64,000 bases of DNA from an uncultured Ruminococcus sp. (GTDB taxonomy: Bacteria; Bacillota; Clostridia; Oscillospirales; CAG-382): NCBI GenBank assembly GCA_964530795.1, contig CAZHBX010000004.1, forward strand, positions 5,597 to 69,596, read 5' to 3'. A program made the position numbers and the translations under genes. This document shows positions 28,927 to 38,573 of this stretch, piece by piece (position 1 is the stretch's first letter; every line of letters begins with the position of its first letter). Under the pieces are notes generated by a model. It ran no database searches. It had not been told where the DNA came from and saw only the letters and a list, made by a program, of their open reading frames with translations.

Positions 28927-31101
28927 TTACAGCAGTTTTTCCGTTTCCGCGCAGAGTTCCTCGGCGGCCTCCCAACCGGACGCCTCAGCGAGCAGGGTGT
29001 ACCCGCCCGTGGCGTTCGGGAAGACGGTCACGCATCCAGTCGGCCAAAACACCCGCGCCGGGAAGGAATCCTTCTGCGTCAGCGCCGCGATGCGGGACGC
29101 GCGGCGGTCGGCGGCCTCGGTCGCGGGGACGACCGGCAATTCACGCCGGCAGACGAAAAAGGCGGGCAGGGCGTTCAGCGCTTCGTCCAACGAGACGTTC
29201 CGCTGCTGTAAGCACTTCGCGACGGTCAGGCAGAGCAACACCCCATCATTGACGTACGGGCTGTTCGATGGCTGTTCCTCCATGTGTGCGCGGACCTCGT
29301 CCCGCCCGTCGGCGTAAAGGCTTAGTTCCTTGCCCATGTTGCGCAAATAGTCCTCGACGGCCTTCGGCAATCTCGCGGGCAGGTAGACCTTCCGCTCGTC
29401 ACTTTCAGCGGCCGCGAGGGCGATGAGGTGCCAGTAGGTCAGCGGCTTGCCGGAGCGGGTGTAGGCACAGGCCCGCCGGCCGTCCGGGGACACCGTAAAG
29501 TTGTCCTCGCTCTCCCCGTAGGAAACGTCAGCGCCCAGCTCCTTCGCGTTGGAAAACAGGAATTCCCCCGCGTCGTCCCGACGCGTGACGGAGAACTTCA
29601 CCCCGGAAAGCGAACCGACCTGCTCCTGCAGCCACACGCAGTACCGACGGAGTACCCGGTCCTCGCCGTCCGGGAATTCGGCGGGCTGCGGGGTGATGCA
29701 GCGGTCGTACTGCTCGCCGCGCAGGCGGGATTCAATGTCCCGCTGGGCTTCCCGCGTCAGCGGCAGCCCGCTGCGGTCACAGAACCAGAACCGCACCCGG
29801 CCGACGCTCTCGCGCAGGTCGACGAACACCGCCATATCCAGCTCGTACTGCCGCACGGCAAACGAGATGACCGCCGGAAACCCGTCCCCGAGCTCCCAAA
29901 CCTTCGCGCCCGCGTCCTGCGCCCCCCGCGAGAGCAATTCCGCATACAGGCGGCTCCCGGCAGACGGTCCGTGCAGGACGCCGAGCTTCAGCTCCCGCCC
30001 CGGAGTCTTTAGGGCGCGGCCCAGTCGCAGGCAGAAGCTGCTGTCCAGCTCCGCTCGATCGCCCTGGATCTGCTCGTCGCCGAACCAGCGCCTGTCCAGC
30101 GCACCGAAGACGTACCGCTCGCCCACCGAGGCATTCTTCCCGACCAACAGTCCGCCCTTCAATCGCACCCCGGTCTTCAGCGAGGCTCCGTCCTCGAGCA
30201 CGGTGTTTTCCCCGATGACGCAGCCGGGCGGCACCGTGCAGCCTTCCCCGATCCGCACGCCGGAGCAAAGGATGCTCCCCTCCACCCGCGAACCGCTCCC
30301 GACCGACACCCGGTCATGCAGGACGCTTGCGCGGACCGTCGCGTCCGGCGAAAGCGTACATTCCTGCCCCGTGACCGTCTGTCCGTCGGACAGCGCCATG
30401 CAGCAGCGGTAATAGCTTTCCGGGGTGCCGATGTCCCACCAATGTCCCGGCAGAACCTCACCGAACACCTCGATCCCGCGCCGCAGCAGGCAGGGGAACA
30501 GGTCACGTCCGAAATCGAACTTCATGCCTTCCGGCACCTCGCTGAGCAGCGAGCGATCGAGCAGATAGATCCCGGTCGACACCAGGTCCGACGCCGTGTC
30601 CCGCCACGAGGGCTTTTCGGAGAAACCGACGATGCGGCTCCCGTCAAGCGTGACAACTCCAAATTCCCCGGGCGCCTCCGCGTGGGTCAGTAGGATGGTC
30701 GCGAGCCGGCGCTCCTTCTTATGGCGTTCGTAGGCGCGGCGCAGGTCAAAATCGGTAACGGTGTCGCCGGAAATCACCAGAATCGTGTCCGCCAAGCGAT
30801 TGCGGACCGCCCGTACGCAGCCGGCGCTTCCAAGCGGAACGCTGCCCTTGACGGTTTCAAGCTCGATGTTCGGGTCACGGTACAGGTCGAACGCCTCCGG
30901 CAGGGCGCAGACGGTCAGCAGCGCGTCTTTCCAGCCGTTTTTTTTAAGACAGTCGGTCAGCCGGGTCAACACCGGCGTACCGCAGACGGGCACGAGGGGT
31001 TTCGGCAGGTCGTCGGTGATCGGCGCGAGCCGGCTTCCCATTCCGCCCGCAAGGATGACGACTTCCCACCGTCGTTCGTTGGTTTGCTGTTCCATGGTCA
31101 T
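28927..31101 (-). CDS. sugar-1-phosphate nucleotidyltransferase / left-handed beta-helix / phosphohexomutase-like fusion protein
   Basis: N-terminal ILAGGMGSRLAPITDDLPKPLVPV, then hexapeptide repeats (VGSGSRVEGSILCSGVRIGEGCTV...). The C-terminal ~400 aa are PGM/PMM-like in length and layout. ATG 31101 was chosen by RBS spacing; 31107 and 31095 are also possible. Confidence 0.75.
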   Translation of the reverse strand: MTMEQQTNERRWEVVILAGGMGSRLAPITDDLPKPLVPVCGTPVLTRLTDCLKKNGWKDALLTVCALPEAFDLYRDPNIELETVKGSVPLGSAGCVRAVRNRLADTILVISGDTVTDFDLRRAYERHKKERRLATILLTHAEAPGEFGVVTLDGSRIVGFSEKPSWRDTASDLVSTGIYLLDRSLLSEVPEGMKFDFGRDLFPCLLRRGIEVFGEVLPGHWWDIGTPESYYRCCMALSDGQTVTGQECTLSPDATVRASVLHDRVSVGSGSRVEGSILCSGVRIGEGCTVPPGCVIGENTVLEDGASLKTGVRLKGGLLVGKNASVGERYVFGALDRRWFGDEQIQGDRAELDSSFCLRLGRALKTPGRELKLGVLHGPSAGSRLYAELLSRGAQDAGAKVWELGDGFPAVISFAVRQYELDMAVFVDLRESVGRVRFWFCDRSGLPLTREAQRDIESRLRGEQYDRCITPQPAEFPDGEDRVLRRYCVWLQEQVGSLSGVKFSVTRRDDAGEFLFSNAKELGADVSYGESEDNFTVSPDGRRACAYTRSGKPLTYWHLIALAAAESDERKVYLPARLPKAVEDYLRNMGKELSLYADGRDEVRAHMEEQPSNSPYVNDGVLLCLTVAKCLQQRNVSLDEALNALPAFFVCRRELPVVPATEAADRRASRIAALTQKDSFPARVFWPTGCVTVFPNATGGYTLLAEASGWEAAEELCAETEKLL

Positions 31102-31208
31102 AACCATTCCCTTCCTGTTTTCGGTAGTTTGCCCCGAAAGCGGGAAAGGTATGTAAACCACACAAAAAAGCGCCCGCGATACGCAGCCGCTTTCTGCATC
31201 GTTCGTTT

Positions 31209-32252
31209 TTACAGCGCGAAATAGGCTTTCCCGTTCGGGAGGACGGCAGTACGATGGGACGCGCAGTCGGGCAGGACATACCCCGCCTCCAGATGCTTCC
31301 TCGCGTCCGGGACCGGCTTGCGGCGCAGCGCTTCAATTACGTCGCTCGCGACGGCAGAAGCGGTCGGCAAGGATCCCGCCCCCTGCCCGTAAAACAGCAC
31401 TTCGCCGACCGACTCGCCGACGACCGATATGGCGTTGAACGCCCCCCGCACGTCGTGCAGCAGACTGTCCTTTGACACCAGATACGGGGCGACCGCAAGA
31501 CGCAGATGCTCCTCCCCGCCACTTTCCACCCGCTCCGCCGTGCCGAGCAGACGAATCACGCAACCACACTCCGCCGCGAGCCGCACGTCCTCGACGGTCA
31601 CATCGCGGATGCCCCGCAAGCACTTCACCTCGGTATACGGGATATACCGCCCGAAGGCAATCCCCGCGAGGATACAAATCTTCCGAGCAGCGTCATACCC
31701 TTCGACGTCCGCCGTCGGGTCCTGCTCGGCGTAGCCGAGGGCCTGTGCCTCGGCGAGCGCTTCCTCCATCGAGCAGCCGGACTCCGCCATACGGGTCAGG
31801 ATATAGTTGGTCGTGCCGTTGAGGATGCCGGAAATCTTCAGAATCCGATCCGCAGCGAAGCAGTCCCGCAGCGGACGCAGGATTGGGATGCCCCCGCCCA
31901 CGCTTGCCTCATACAGGTAGGAAACCCCTTTCTCCCGGGCGATGGCCTCGAGTTCCTCCCCGCAGGCGTCCACGACCGCCTTGTTCGAAGTCACGACGCT
32001 CTTGCCCGCATTCAAGGCCCGCTTGGTGTAATCGTAGGCGGTCTTTACGCCGCCCATCGTCTCCACGACGACCTCGACGCTCTTGTTTGCAAGAACCTTT
32101 TCGAAGTCCGACGTGACCCGGTCCGCGAGCGGATGCCCCGGAAATTCCCGCAGGTCGATAATATATTGAATGTTGATGTCCTCCGCCGCTTTCAGCACCT
32201 CGTAGACGCCGCTGCCGACCGTGCCGAAGCCAAGGATCGCGATTTCCCTCAT
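31209..32252 (-). CDS. hom: homoserine dehydrogenase
   Basis: 347 aa from ATG 32252. MREIAILGFGTVGSGV, VTSNKA, EASVGGGIPI. The 604-aa track ORF is an upstream extension. Confidence 0.9.
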   Translation of the reverse strand: MREIAILGFGTVGSGVYEVLKAAEDINIQYIIDLREFPGHPLADRVTSDFEKVLANKSVEVVVETMGGVKTAYDYTKRALNAGKSVVTSNKAVVDACGEELEAIAREKGVSYLYEASVGGGIPILRPLRDCFAADRILKISGILNGTTNYILTRMAESGCSMEEALAEAQALGYAEQDPTADVEGYDAARKICILAGIAFGRYIPYTEVKCLRGIRDVTVEDVRLAAECGCVIRLLGTAERVESGGEEHLRLAVAPYLVSKDSLLHDVRGAFNAISVVGESVGEVLFYGQGAGSLPTASAVASDVIEALRRKPVPDARKHLEAGYVLPDCASHRTAVLPNGKAYFAL

Positions 32253-32375
32253 TTTTTTGCTCCTGTCTGACCGGATTTTTTTTATTATAACCGTTTTTGC
32301 GAAATTTGTCAAGAGCGGAACCGGACAAACCGCGGTGCAACGGCACCGATTTTGCGTCTTTTTTCGTTTTTCCCC

Positions 32376-32404
32376 TTGCCTTTTTGCAAAAAGAAGTGTA
32401 TAAT
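32376..32404 (+). promoter_or_regulatory. sigma-A-type promoter
   Basis: TTGCCT, 17 nt, then TG-T-TATAAT as an extended -10, located 31 nt upstream of ATG 32436. Confidence 0.45.
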
Positions 32405-32435
32405 GGAAGAGAATTTGAAAGGAGTGCATATTCCC

Positions 32436-32798
32436 ATGAACCGACTGCTGTTCCTCTGCGTCTCCCTGCTGCTCGCGTTCGCACTCGCGCTGCTCGCGGG
32501 GACGGTCGCGTACCGCTGGTCTTCCGCGTATGATTACAGCGATTTGACGTTTGATAATTTTTCCCTCGTCGACGGGCGGCTGACTTTCCGCGTCCGCTCC
32601 AACATCGAGGGCGAGTACGTCTACAAACTCATCGCCGACAGCGACGGGAGCGGACAAATCAACCTGACCGTCCGCGGCGGGAAGCAGTCCGCCCTCGCGC
32701 AGTCGCCCGGCCTCGACGACGCGTACTTTCACATTGACCTGCCGGAAGGGACGCGCAAGCTCGTCTGCGGGAAAAGCACCGTCTATACGGTCCCGTAA
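32436..32798 (+). CDS. hypothetical membrane-anchored/secreted protein
   Basis: 120 aa with an AAAGGAG RBS and the N-terminal hydrophobic segment LLFLCVSLLLAFALALLAG. Confidence 0.6.
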   Translation: MNRLLFLCVSLLLAFALALLAGTVAYRWSSAYDYSDLTFDNFSLVDGRLTFRVRSNIEGEYVYKLIADSDGSGQINLTVRGGKQSALAQSPGLDDAYFHIDLPEGTRKLVCGKSTVYTVP

Positions 32799-32831
32799 AG
32801 CGCGGACGACGCGCAGAAAGGAAGTTTTCCC

Positions 32832-33386
32832 ATGAAAAAACGTTTTCTCCGTCTTTTGCTGTTCCCGCTGCTCTCCGCCCTGCTGCTTTCCGCCTGCTCG
32901 TCTAACCAGACGGAAGGGGACGCTCCCGAGGGCTGCGTGCCGTTTGAAGGCGAGGACTATTCGTTTTACTACGCCGAGAATTGGGAAATCGATCGCAGCG
33001 ACGGGATGACCGGGATCAAGCACAACATCGCAGGCGACAAGGCGTTCGCCTACGCGAGCATCTCCGTCATGGCGTTCACGCTCTCAGACAGCGAACAAGG
33101 CGCGAACAACTATTGGGACGACTACCGCGCCGACCTCACCGACGTCTATGACGACCGGGTGCAGTTCACCTCCGAAAAGGAGGAGATGGAACTCGGCGGC
33201 GTACCCGCCTGCCGCAACCGCTACACCTTGCAGCTCTCCGAGGATGACCTGCTCTACCGGTTCGAGCAGACGGTCTGCGTGCGGTACGGCACAGCGTTCC
33301 TTGTGACGTTCACGGTCCCGGACGACGGGTACGACAGCACAGTCAGCTGCTACGAGACGGTTCTGTCCACGTTCGCGTTTAACTGA
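32832..33386 (+). CDS. hypothetical lipoprotein
   Basis: 184 aa with a signal peptide and lipobox LLLSAC-SSNQ. Confidence 0.75.
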   Translation: MKKRFLRLLLFPLLSALLLSACSSNQTEGDAPEGCVPFEGEDYSFYYAENWEIDRSDGMTGIKHNIAGDKAFAYASISVMAFTLSDSEQGANNYWDDYRADLTDVYDDRVQFTSEKEEMELGGVPACRNRYTLQLSEDDLLYRFEQTVCVRYGTAFLVTFTVPDDGYDSTVSCYETVLSTFAFN

Positions 33387-33402
33387 CGAAAAACCACATG
33401 TG

Positions 33403-33444
33403 AAAAACGGTATGACGCTCAGATCCCGCGTGATACCGTTTTTT
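33403..33444 (+). terminator. intrinsic terminator
   Basis: AAACGGTAT-19 nt-ATACCGTTT followed by TTTT. Confidence 0.6.
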
Positions 33445-33762
33445 CGTTCAAAACCGGAAAATTCGTCACCGAATCGGCTCGCCGATTTTCCATTTCCGCC
33501 GCCGCAGCGGCGTTTCGCCGTCATCCGCCCAATACTCGTCCATGAAGCGGATTCTGTCGTCCTTTAAGTGAAAGTGAAAAAACGACGCGACACAAAAAGG
33601 CGAGGACCTGTTCTTCGGGAAACCCGGATTACGGTAATTCCCAAGTCCCCTGCGTCTTGCGTTCGTTCAACTTCCCCGTCCCATTCGCCCGGATCGTCGA
33701 ACGGACCGCCCCAGACCAGAAGTCCCCCGGGGTTGCGGACTTTTCAGGATTCCTTCATGCCA

Positions 33763-34581
33763 TCAAAGCAGTGTGTCGAGCAGGCCGTTCAACCACACGC
33801 CCTCGAACAGCTCGACGGTGCCCGCGTCGCAGGCGGCCGCCAGCTTCGGGTCAATCGGCAATCGCGCGACCGCCGGGATGCCCAGCCGCTTCGCGGTCTC
33901 TTCGGCGCGGCTCGCGCCGAAGATCTCATGCTTCCCGCCGCAGTCCGGGCAAATGAAATAGGAGAAGTTCTCCACCAGCCCCAGCACGGGAATATTCATC
34001 AGTTTCGCCATGTTGACCGCCTTCTCGACAACCATAGCGACCAGTTCCTGCGGAGAGGTGACGATCAGGATTCCGTCGAGCGGGATGGACTGGAACACGG
34101 TCAGCGGCACGTCGCCGGTTCCCGGGGGCATATCGATAAACATCACGTCCGTGTGTCCCCAGATCACGTCCGTCCAGAACTGCTTGACGCACCCGGCGAT
34201 GACCGGACCCCGCCAGACAACCGGATCGGTCTCGTGTTGCAGCAGCAGGTTGACCGACATGACGCGAATGCCAGTTTTCGTGACGAGCGGATAGATGCCG
34301 GCCTCGTCGGCAGTTGCCTGCCCGTGCAGTCCGAAGGAGCGCGGGATCGACGGGCCCGTGACGTCCGCATCGAGGATGGAGGTTTTCAGTCCCGCGCGGT
34401 TCGCGAGCACGGCGAGCAGGGAGGTCACCATGGACTTCCCGACCCCGCCCTTGCCGGACACTACACCGATGACCTTGCCAATGTCCGATTGCTCGTGCGG
34501 TTTTTCCAGCATACTGCCCGCTTCCTGCCGGGAAGCGCATTCCTCCCCGCAAGTGGAGCAGTCGTGCGTGCATTCTGCCAT
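33763..34581 (-). CDS. Mrp/NBP35-family Fe-S cluster carrier ATPase
   Basis: 272 aa from ATG 34581. N-terminal Cys cluster CTHDCSTCGEEC, deviant Walker A GKGGVGKS, and CPDCG. Confidence 0.85.
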   Translation of the reverse strand: MAECTHDCSTCGEECASRQEAGSMLEKPHEQSDIGKVIGVVSGKGGVGKSMVTSLLAVLANRAGLKTSILDADVTGPSIPRSFGLHGQATADEAGIYPLVTKTGIRVMSVNLLLQHETDPVVWRGPVIAGCVKQFWTDVIWGHTDVMFIDMPPGTGDVPLTVFQSIPLDGILIVTSPQELVAMVVEKAVNMAKLMNIPVLGLVENFSYFICPDCGGKHEIFGASRAEETAKRLGIPAVARLPIDPKLAAACDAGTVELFEGVWLNGLLDTLL

Positions 34582-34606
34582 TTCCAGTTGCCCTTCCTTT
34601 CGGTCT

Positions 34607-37243
34607 TTACATATTTTCAAGGTGTTCGATCGCGATGCGGAGCCGCTCGATCCTGGAGGAAGCGCTCTCCGCCTTAGCCCGTTCCCCATCAACCAGTTTT
34701 CGCGGCGCTTTGGCGACGAAATCGGCGTTCGTCAGCTTGCTCTGCGCACGGTTCAGCTCCCCTTCCGCCGACGCAAGTTCCTTGCGCAGGCGGGCAAGTT
34801 CCTCCTCGTGGTCAATCATGTCAGCGAGCGGAATCAAAATTTCGCAGTCGTCGGTGATGGCGCGGACGGACCCGTCGATTTTCACCGCTTCGCTCACGAT
34901 CTCCACGCCCGACGCGAACGCCAGACGCTCGAAGAAACGCTCCTTGCCGAGGAACGCGGACGGATCGGCCGTGACAATGTGCAGATGCGCACGGCGGGTA
35001 TGCGAGACGTTCATTTCGCTCCGCAAGTTGCGCACGGCGCGGATCGCGTCGATAACCTTGCGCATGGACGCTTCCTCCCGCGGGAAGTCCAGCTCCCCGC
35101 GGCAAACGGGGTAGTCTGACATCATGACGGAATCCCCCTCGTGCGGCAGGGTGCGCCAGATCTCCTCGGTGATAAACGGCATGAACGGGTGCAAAAGCGC
35201 CATCGTGCCGGAGAGCACGTAGGTCAGCACCTTCTGGGCTGTACGGTTGGTTTCAGTGCCCTTTTCGGACAAGCGGGCCTTGACCAGCTCGATATACCAG
35301 TCGCAGAACACGTCCCAGATGAAATCGTACAGCTTGCCAAGCGCCACGCCCAACTCATACCGGTCGAGGTTCTCGCGCACCTCGCTCACCGTGCGGTTGT
35401 ACCGCGAAAGAATCCACTTGTCCTCATCCGGCAGGTTCGCAAGCGGCAGGTCCTCGAAGGACACCGGTTCCTCGCCGTCGAGATTCATGAGTACGAAGCG
35501 GGCCGCGTTCCAGATCTTGTTTGCGAAATTCCGGGCAGCCTCAAACCGTTCGTCGGACACCCGCATGTCGTTTCCGGGGCTGTTTCCGCTGACCAGCGCG
35601 AAGCGAAGCGCGTCGCAGCCGTAGGTGCGGATGACTTCGAGCGGGTCGATGCCGTTGCCAAGCGATTTGGACATCTTCCGTCCCTGCGCGTCCCGCACCA
35701 GCCCGTGTACCAGCACATCGGAGAACGGCTTTTTCCCAGTATGCTCCAAACCGGAGAAAATCATTCTCGAGACCCAGAACGTGATGATGTCGTAGCCGGT
35801 CACCAGCGTGGAGGTCGGATAGAACGTCTTCAGATCCTCCGTCTGCTTCGGCCAGCCGAGCGCCGAGAACGGCCAGAGGGCGGAGGAAAACCATGTGTCC
35901 AGCGTGTCCGGATCCTGCCGCATGGGCTTGCCGCACTTCGGGCAGACCGCCCGCGGCTCGGCCGTAACGGTCAGCTCCCCGCAGTCGTCGCAGTAGAACG
36001 CCGGGATACGGTGCCCCCACCAGAGCTGGCGGGAGATGCACCAGTCGCGGATATTCTCCATCCAGTGCAGGTAGTTTTTCGAAAAACGCTCGGGAATAAA
36101 GCGGATTTCCCCGTCCTTGACCGCCTGAATCGCCGGTTCCGCGAGGGATTCCATCTTGACGAACCATTGCAGCGACACCCGCGGCTCGATGGTCGTGCCG
36201 CAGCGGTAGCAGGTCCCGACGTTGTGAGAGTAGTTTTCCACTCGAACGAGATAACCGCCCGCCTCAAGGTCCCGCACAATCGCCTTGCGGGCTTCGTACC
36301 GGTCCATCCCGGCGTAGGCGGGGTAGTCGTCGGTGATGCGGGCGTCCGGCGTGAGGACGTTAATGACCTCCAACCCGTGCCGCAGCCCAACTTCAAAGTC
36401 GTTCGGATCGTGCGCCGGGGTGATCTTCACGGCGCCGGTCCCGAAGTCCATCTCGACGTATTCGTCCGCGACAACCGGGATCTCCCGCCCGACCAGCGGC
36501 AGGATGAGTGTCTTGCCGACCAGATGGCGGTACCGCTCATCCTTCGGGTTGACCGCGACCGCCGTATCGCCCAGCAGCGTTTCCGGACGGGTGGTCGCGA
36601 GGTAGATGAATTCGTCGCTGTCCTTGATCGGATAGCGCAGGTGCCAGAAATGCCCCGCCTGCTCCTCGTACTCCACCTCCGCGTCGGAAATGGAGGTCAG
36701 GCAATGCGGGCACCAGTTGATGATGCGATTCCCGCGGTAAATTAGCCCCTTGCGATACAGCCGCACGAACACCTCCCGCACGGCCTCCGAACAGCCCTCG
36801 TCCATCGTGAAGCGTTTACGGGACCAGTCGCAGGACGAGCCGATCTTTTTGAGCTGCTCGGTGATGCGTTCGCCATACTGCCGGTTCCATTCCCAAGCGC
36901 GTTCGAGGAACGCCTCCCGACCGACCTGCTCCTTCGTTAGGCCCTCCTCCCGTATCTTTTCGACAATCTTTGCCTCCGTCGCGATCGACGCGTGGTCGGT
37001 CCCCGGCACCCAAAGCGTCTGATACCCGCACATTCGCTTATAGCGCACCAGCAGGTCCTGCAGGGTGTTGTCGAGCGCGTGTCCCATGTGCAGCTGCCCG
37101 GTGATGTTGGGCGGAGGCATGACGATGGAAAACGGCTTTGCGCCCGGTCGGTTCGGGCGAAAATACCCCTTGTCGTTCCATTCCGTGTACAGTCGGTCCT
37201 CAAAATCGGAGGGGTCGTACTTCTTTTCCAGTTGCTTTGCCAT
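34607..37243 (-). CDS. valS: valine--tRNA ligase
   Basis: 878 aa. PPPNITGQLHMGHA (HIGH motif), KMSKSLGN (KMSKS motif), and a C-terminal coiled coil. Confidence 0.97.
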   Translation of the reverse strand: MAKQLEKKYDPSDFEDRLYTEWNDKGYFRPNRPGAKPFSIVMPPPNITGQLHMGHALDNTLQDLLVRYKRMCGYQTLWVPGTDHASIATEAKIVEKIREEGLTKEQVGREAFLERAWEWNRQYGERITEQLKKIGSSCDWSRKRFTMDEGCSEAVREVFVRLYRKGLIYRGNRIINWCPHCLTSISDAEVEYEEQAGHFWHLRYPIKDSDEFIYLATTRPETLLGDTAVAVNPKDERYRHLVGKTLILPLVGREIPVVADEYVEMDFGTGAVKITPAHDPNDFEVGLRHGLEVINVLTPDARITDDYPAYAGMDRYEARKAIVRDLEAGGYLVRVENYSHNVGTCYRCGTTIEPRVSLQWFVKMESLAEPAIQAVKDGEIRFIPERFSKNYLHWMENIRDWCISRQLWWGHRIPAFYCDDCGELTVTAEPRAVCPKCGKPMRQDPDTLDTWFSSALWPFSALGWPKQTEDLKTFYPTSTLVTGYDIITFWVSRMIFSGLEHTGKKPFSDVLVHGLVRDAQGRKMSKSLGNGIDPLEVIRTYGCDALRFALVSGNSPGNDMRVSDERFEAARNFANKIWNAARFVLMNLDGEEPVSFEDLPLANLPDEDKWILSRYNRTVSEVRENLDRYELGVALGKLYDFIWDVFCDWYIELVKARLSEKGTETNRTAQKVLTYVLSGTMALLHPFMPFITEEIWRTLPHEGDSVMMSDYPVCRGELDFPREEASMRKVIDAIRAVRNLRSEMNVSHTRRAHLHIVTADPSAFLGKERFFERLAFASGVEIVSEAVKIDGSVRAITDDCEILIPLADMIDHEEELARLRKELASAEGELNRAQSKLTNADFVAKAPRKLVDGERAKAESASSRIERLRIAIEHLENM

Positions 37244-37264
37244 ATCGTTGCGCCGTCCTTTCGT

Positions 37265-38533
37265 TTACAGTCGGTTCATGACCAGCCCGGTCTTGAGTTT
37301 GGGGTAGAAATAGGTACTCTTCTGCGGCATCTTATCCCCCGCTTCCGCCACCGCGCGGATCTCCTCGATCCGCGTCGGGTTGAGCAGAAAGGCGGCGGTG
37401 CATTGACCGCTCCGCACGAAGGAAATTGCCTCCTCGGCGGAACGGGTGTAGCGCAGGTTTCGCTGGCGCGCCATGTTCTCGCTGTCGATGCCCAGTATGC
37501 GCTCCAGAAGCAGGGTGTGCAGCACAGTCACATCCAATCTGGCGTACGCCTCGCTCCGCCCCTCGACCGTCAGCCGGTCCGCTTCGCCCGTGCCGGTCAG
37601 CAGCGTAAAGCCGTCCCCGCCGGTGTAGAGCGCGTAGGCGTGCTTTCCCTGCCGCATACTATCGGCAAGGACCTGTTCCGCATCCGCGACATTCGAAAAT
37701 TCCTCGGCCGTAAAGTAAGTTTCCGCACGGCGGATCAGGTCCGCCCGGTCCACCGGAAGCCCGGTGATCAGCCGATGGGTCGGCAGGACGACCAGCCCGT
37801 CGTCCTCTAAATCGACCAGCGTCATGAGAATGTAGTCGGCGTCCTGCCCGTCGGGGTTCCCGCGGGACAGGACGTCGTCGCGGTAGCGCAGGGCGGTCTC
37901 ATAACGGTGGTGCCCGTCGGCAATAAACAACTGCTTGTCCGCGAACGACGCGGTCAGCCGGGCAATGGTTCGCTTGTCGCCGATACGGCGAAGGGAATGT
38001 GTCACGCCCTCTCCGTCGGTGAATTCCATCAGCACCGGCAGCGCCTGCGACGCACGGACGACTTCGCGAACGCTCTTGTCCGGATCGCGGTAAAGCGCGT
38101 AAACCGACGAGAAGTTGCACCCGGTCGCCTTCATGAGCCGAAAACGGTCTTCTTTCGCCTTTGAAAGCGTCTCCTCGTGCGGCAGGATCACACGGTCGGA
38201 GAACGGGTGCAGCTTGACGAGGCAGACCAGTCCGTCGAATGCGTAGCGCTTTCCGGCGACCGAGAAGGCCTCACGATAGAGGTAGATCGCCGGCGTCTCC
38301 TCCTGCGCGAGGACGCCCTCCCGGAGCCAATCGGCAAGCAGCCGTCCGGCATTCTCGTAGCGGTCCTCCCCGCCGGCGGGAAGCTCCAGCCGGATGAGGT
38401 TGTAGGGGTTCGCCTCGCACAGGACCGCATATTCCGCGTCGCTTACGATGTCGTACGGCGGGCAGACGCAGGTTTCCGGTTTTCCCGCTTTTTCGGTGTA
38501 CCGCATGGCGCGGATGGGTTTGATTTCTGCCAT
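37265..38533 (-). CDS. DUF1015 domain-containing protein
   Basis: 422 aa. The N-terminus IKPIRAMRY...PPYDIVS is typical of the family. Confidence 0.8.
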   Translation of the reverse strand: MAEIKPIRAMRYTEKAGKPETCVCPPYDIVSDAEYAVLCEANPYNLIRLELPAGGEDRYENAGRLLADWLREGVLAQEETPAIYLYREAFSVAGKRYAFDGLVCLVKLHPFSDRVILPHEETLSKAKEDRFRLMKATGCNFSSVYALYRDPDKSVREVVRASQALPVLMEFTDGEGVTHSLRRIGDKRTIARLTASFADKQLFIADGHHRYETALRYRDDVLSRGNPDGQDADYILMTLVDLEDDGLVVLPTHRLITGLPVDRADLIRRAETYFTAEEFSNVADAEQVLADSMRQGKHAYALYTGGDGFTLLTGTGEADRLTVEGRSEAYARLDVTVLHTLLLERILGIDSENMARQRNLRYTRSAEEAISFVRSGQCTAAFLLNPTRIEEIRAVAEAGDKMPQKSTYFYPKLKTGLVMNRL

Positions 38534-38573
38534 ATCGACAACACTCCTTTCGTGGTTCGCGAAGGAAAAGCTC

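Noticed and set aside
32253-33023. N-terminal 257 aa of the 604-aa track ORF containing hom
   Set aside because: The homoserine dehydrogenase sequence begins at ATG 32252. The upstream part overlaps two well-supported plus-strand genes and looks like junk.
33466-33543. 25-aa minus-strand ORF MDEYWADDGETPLRRRKWKIGEPIR in the 376-nt gap after the lipoprotein gene
   Set aside because: It has only a mediocre RBS and no recognisable family, so it cannot be supported from the sequence alone.
35141-36745. 534-aa plus-strand ORF, and similar ORFs at 6856..8613, 49966..51741, 33568..34677 and 22018..22869
   Set aside because: All are antisense shadows of confidently identified genes: valS, the dehydrogenase and enolase-like genes, the SipL-like gene, mrp, and rubredoxin plus the GT-C gene.
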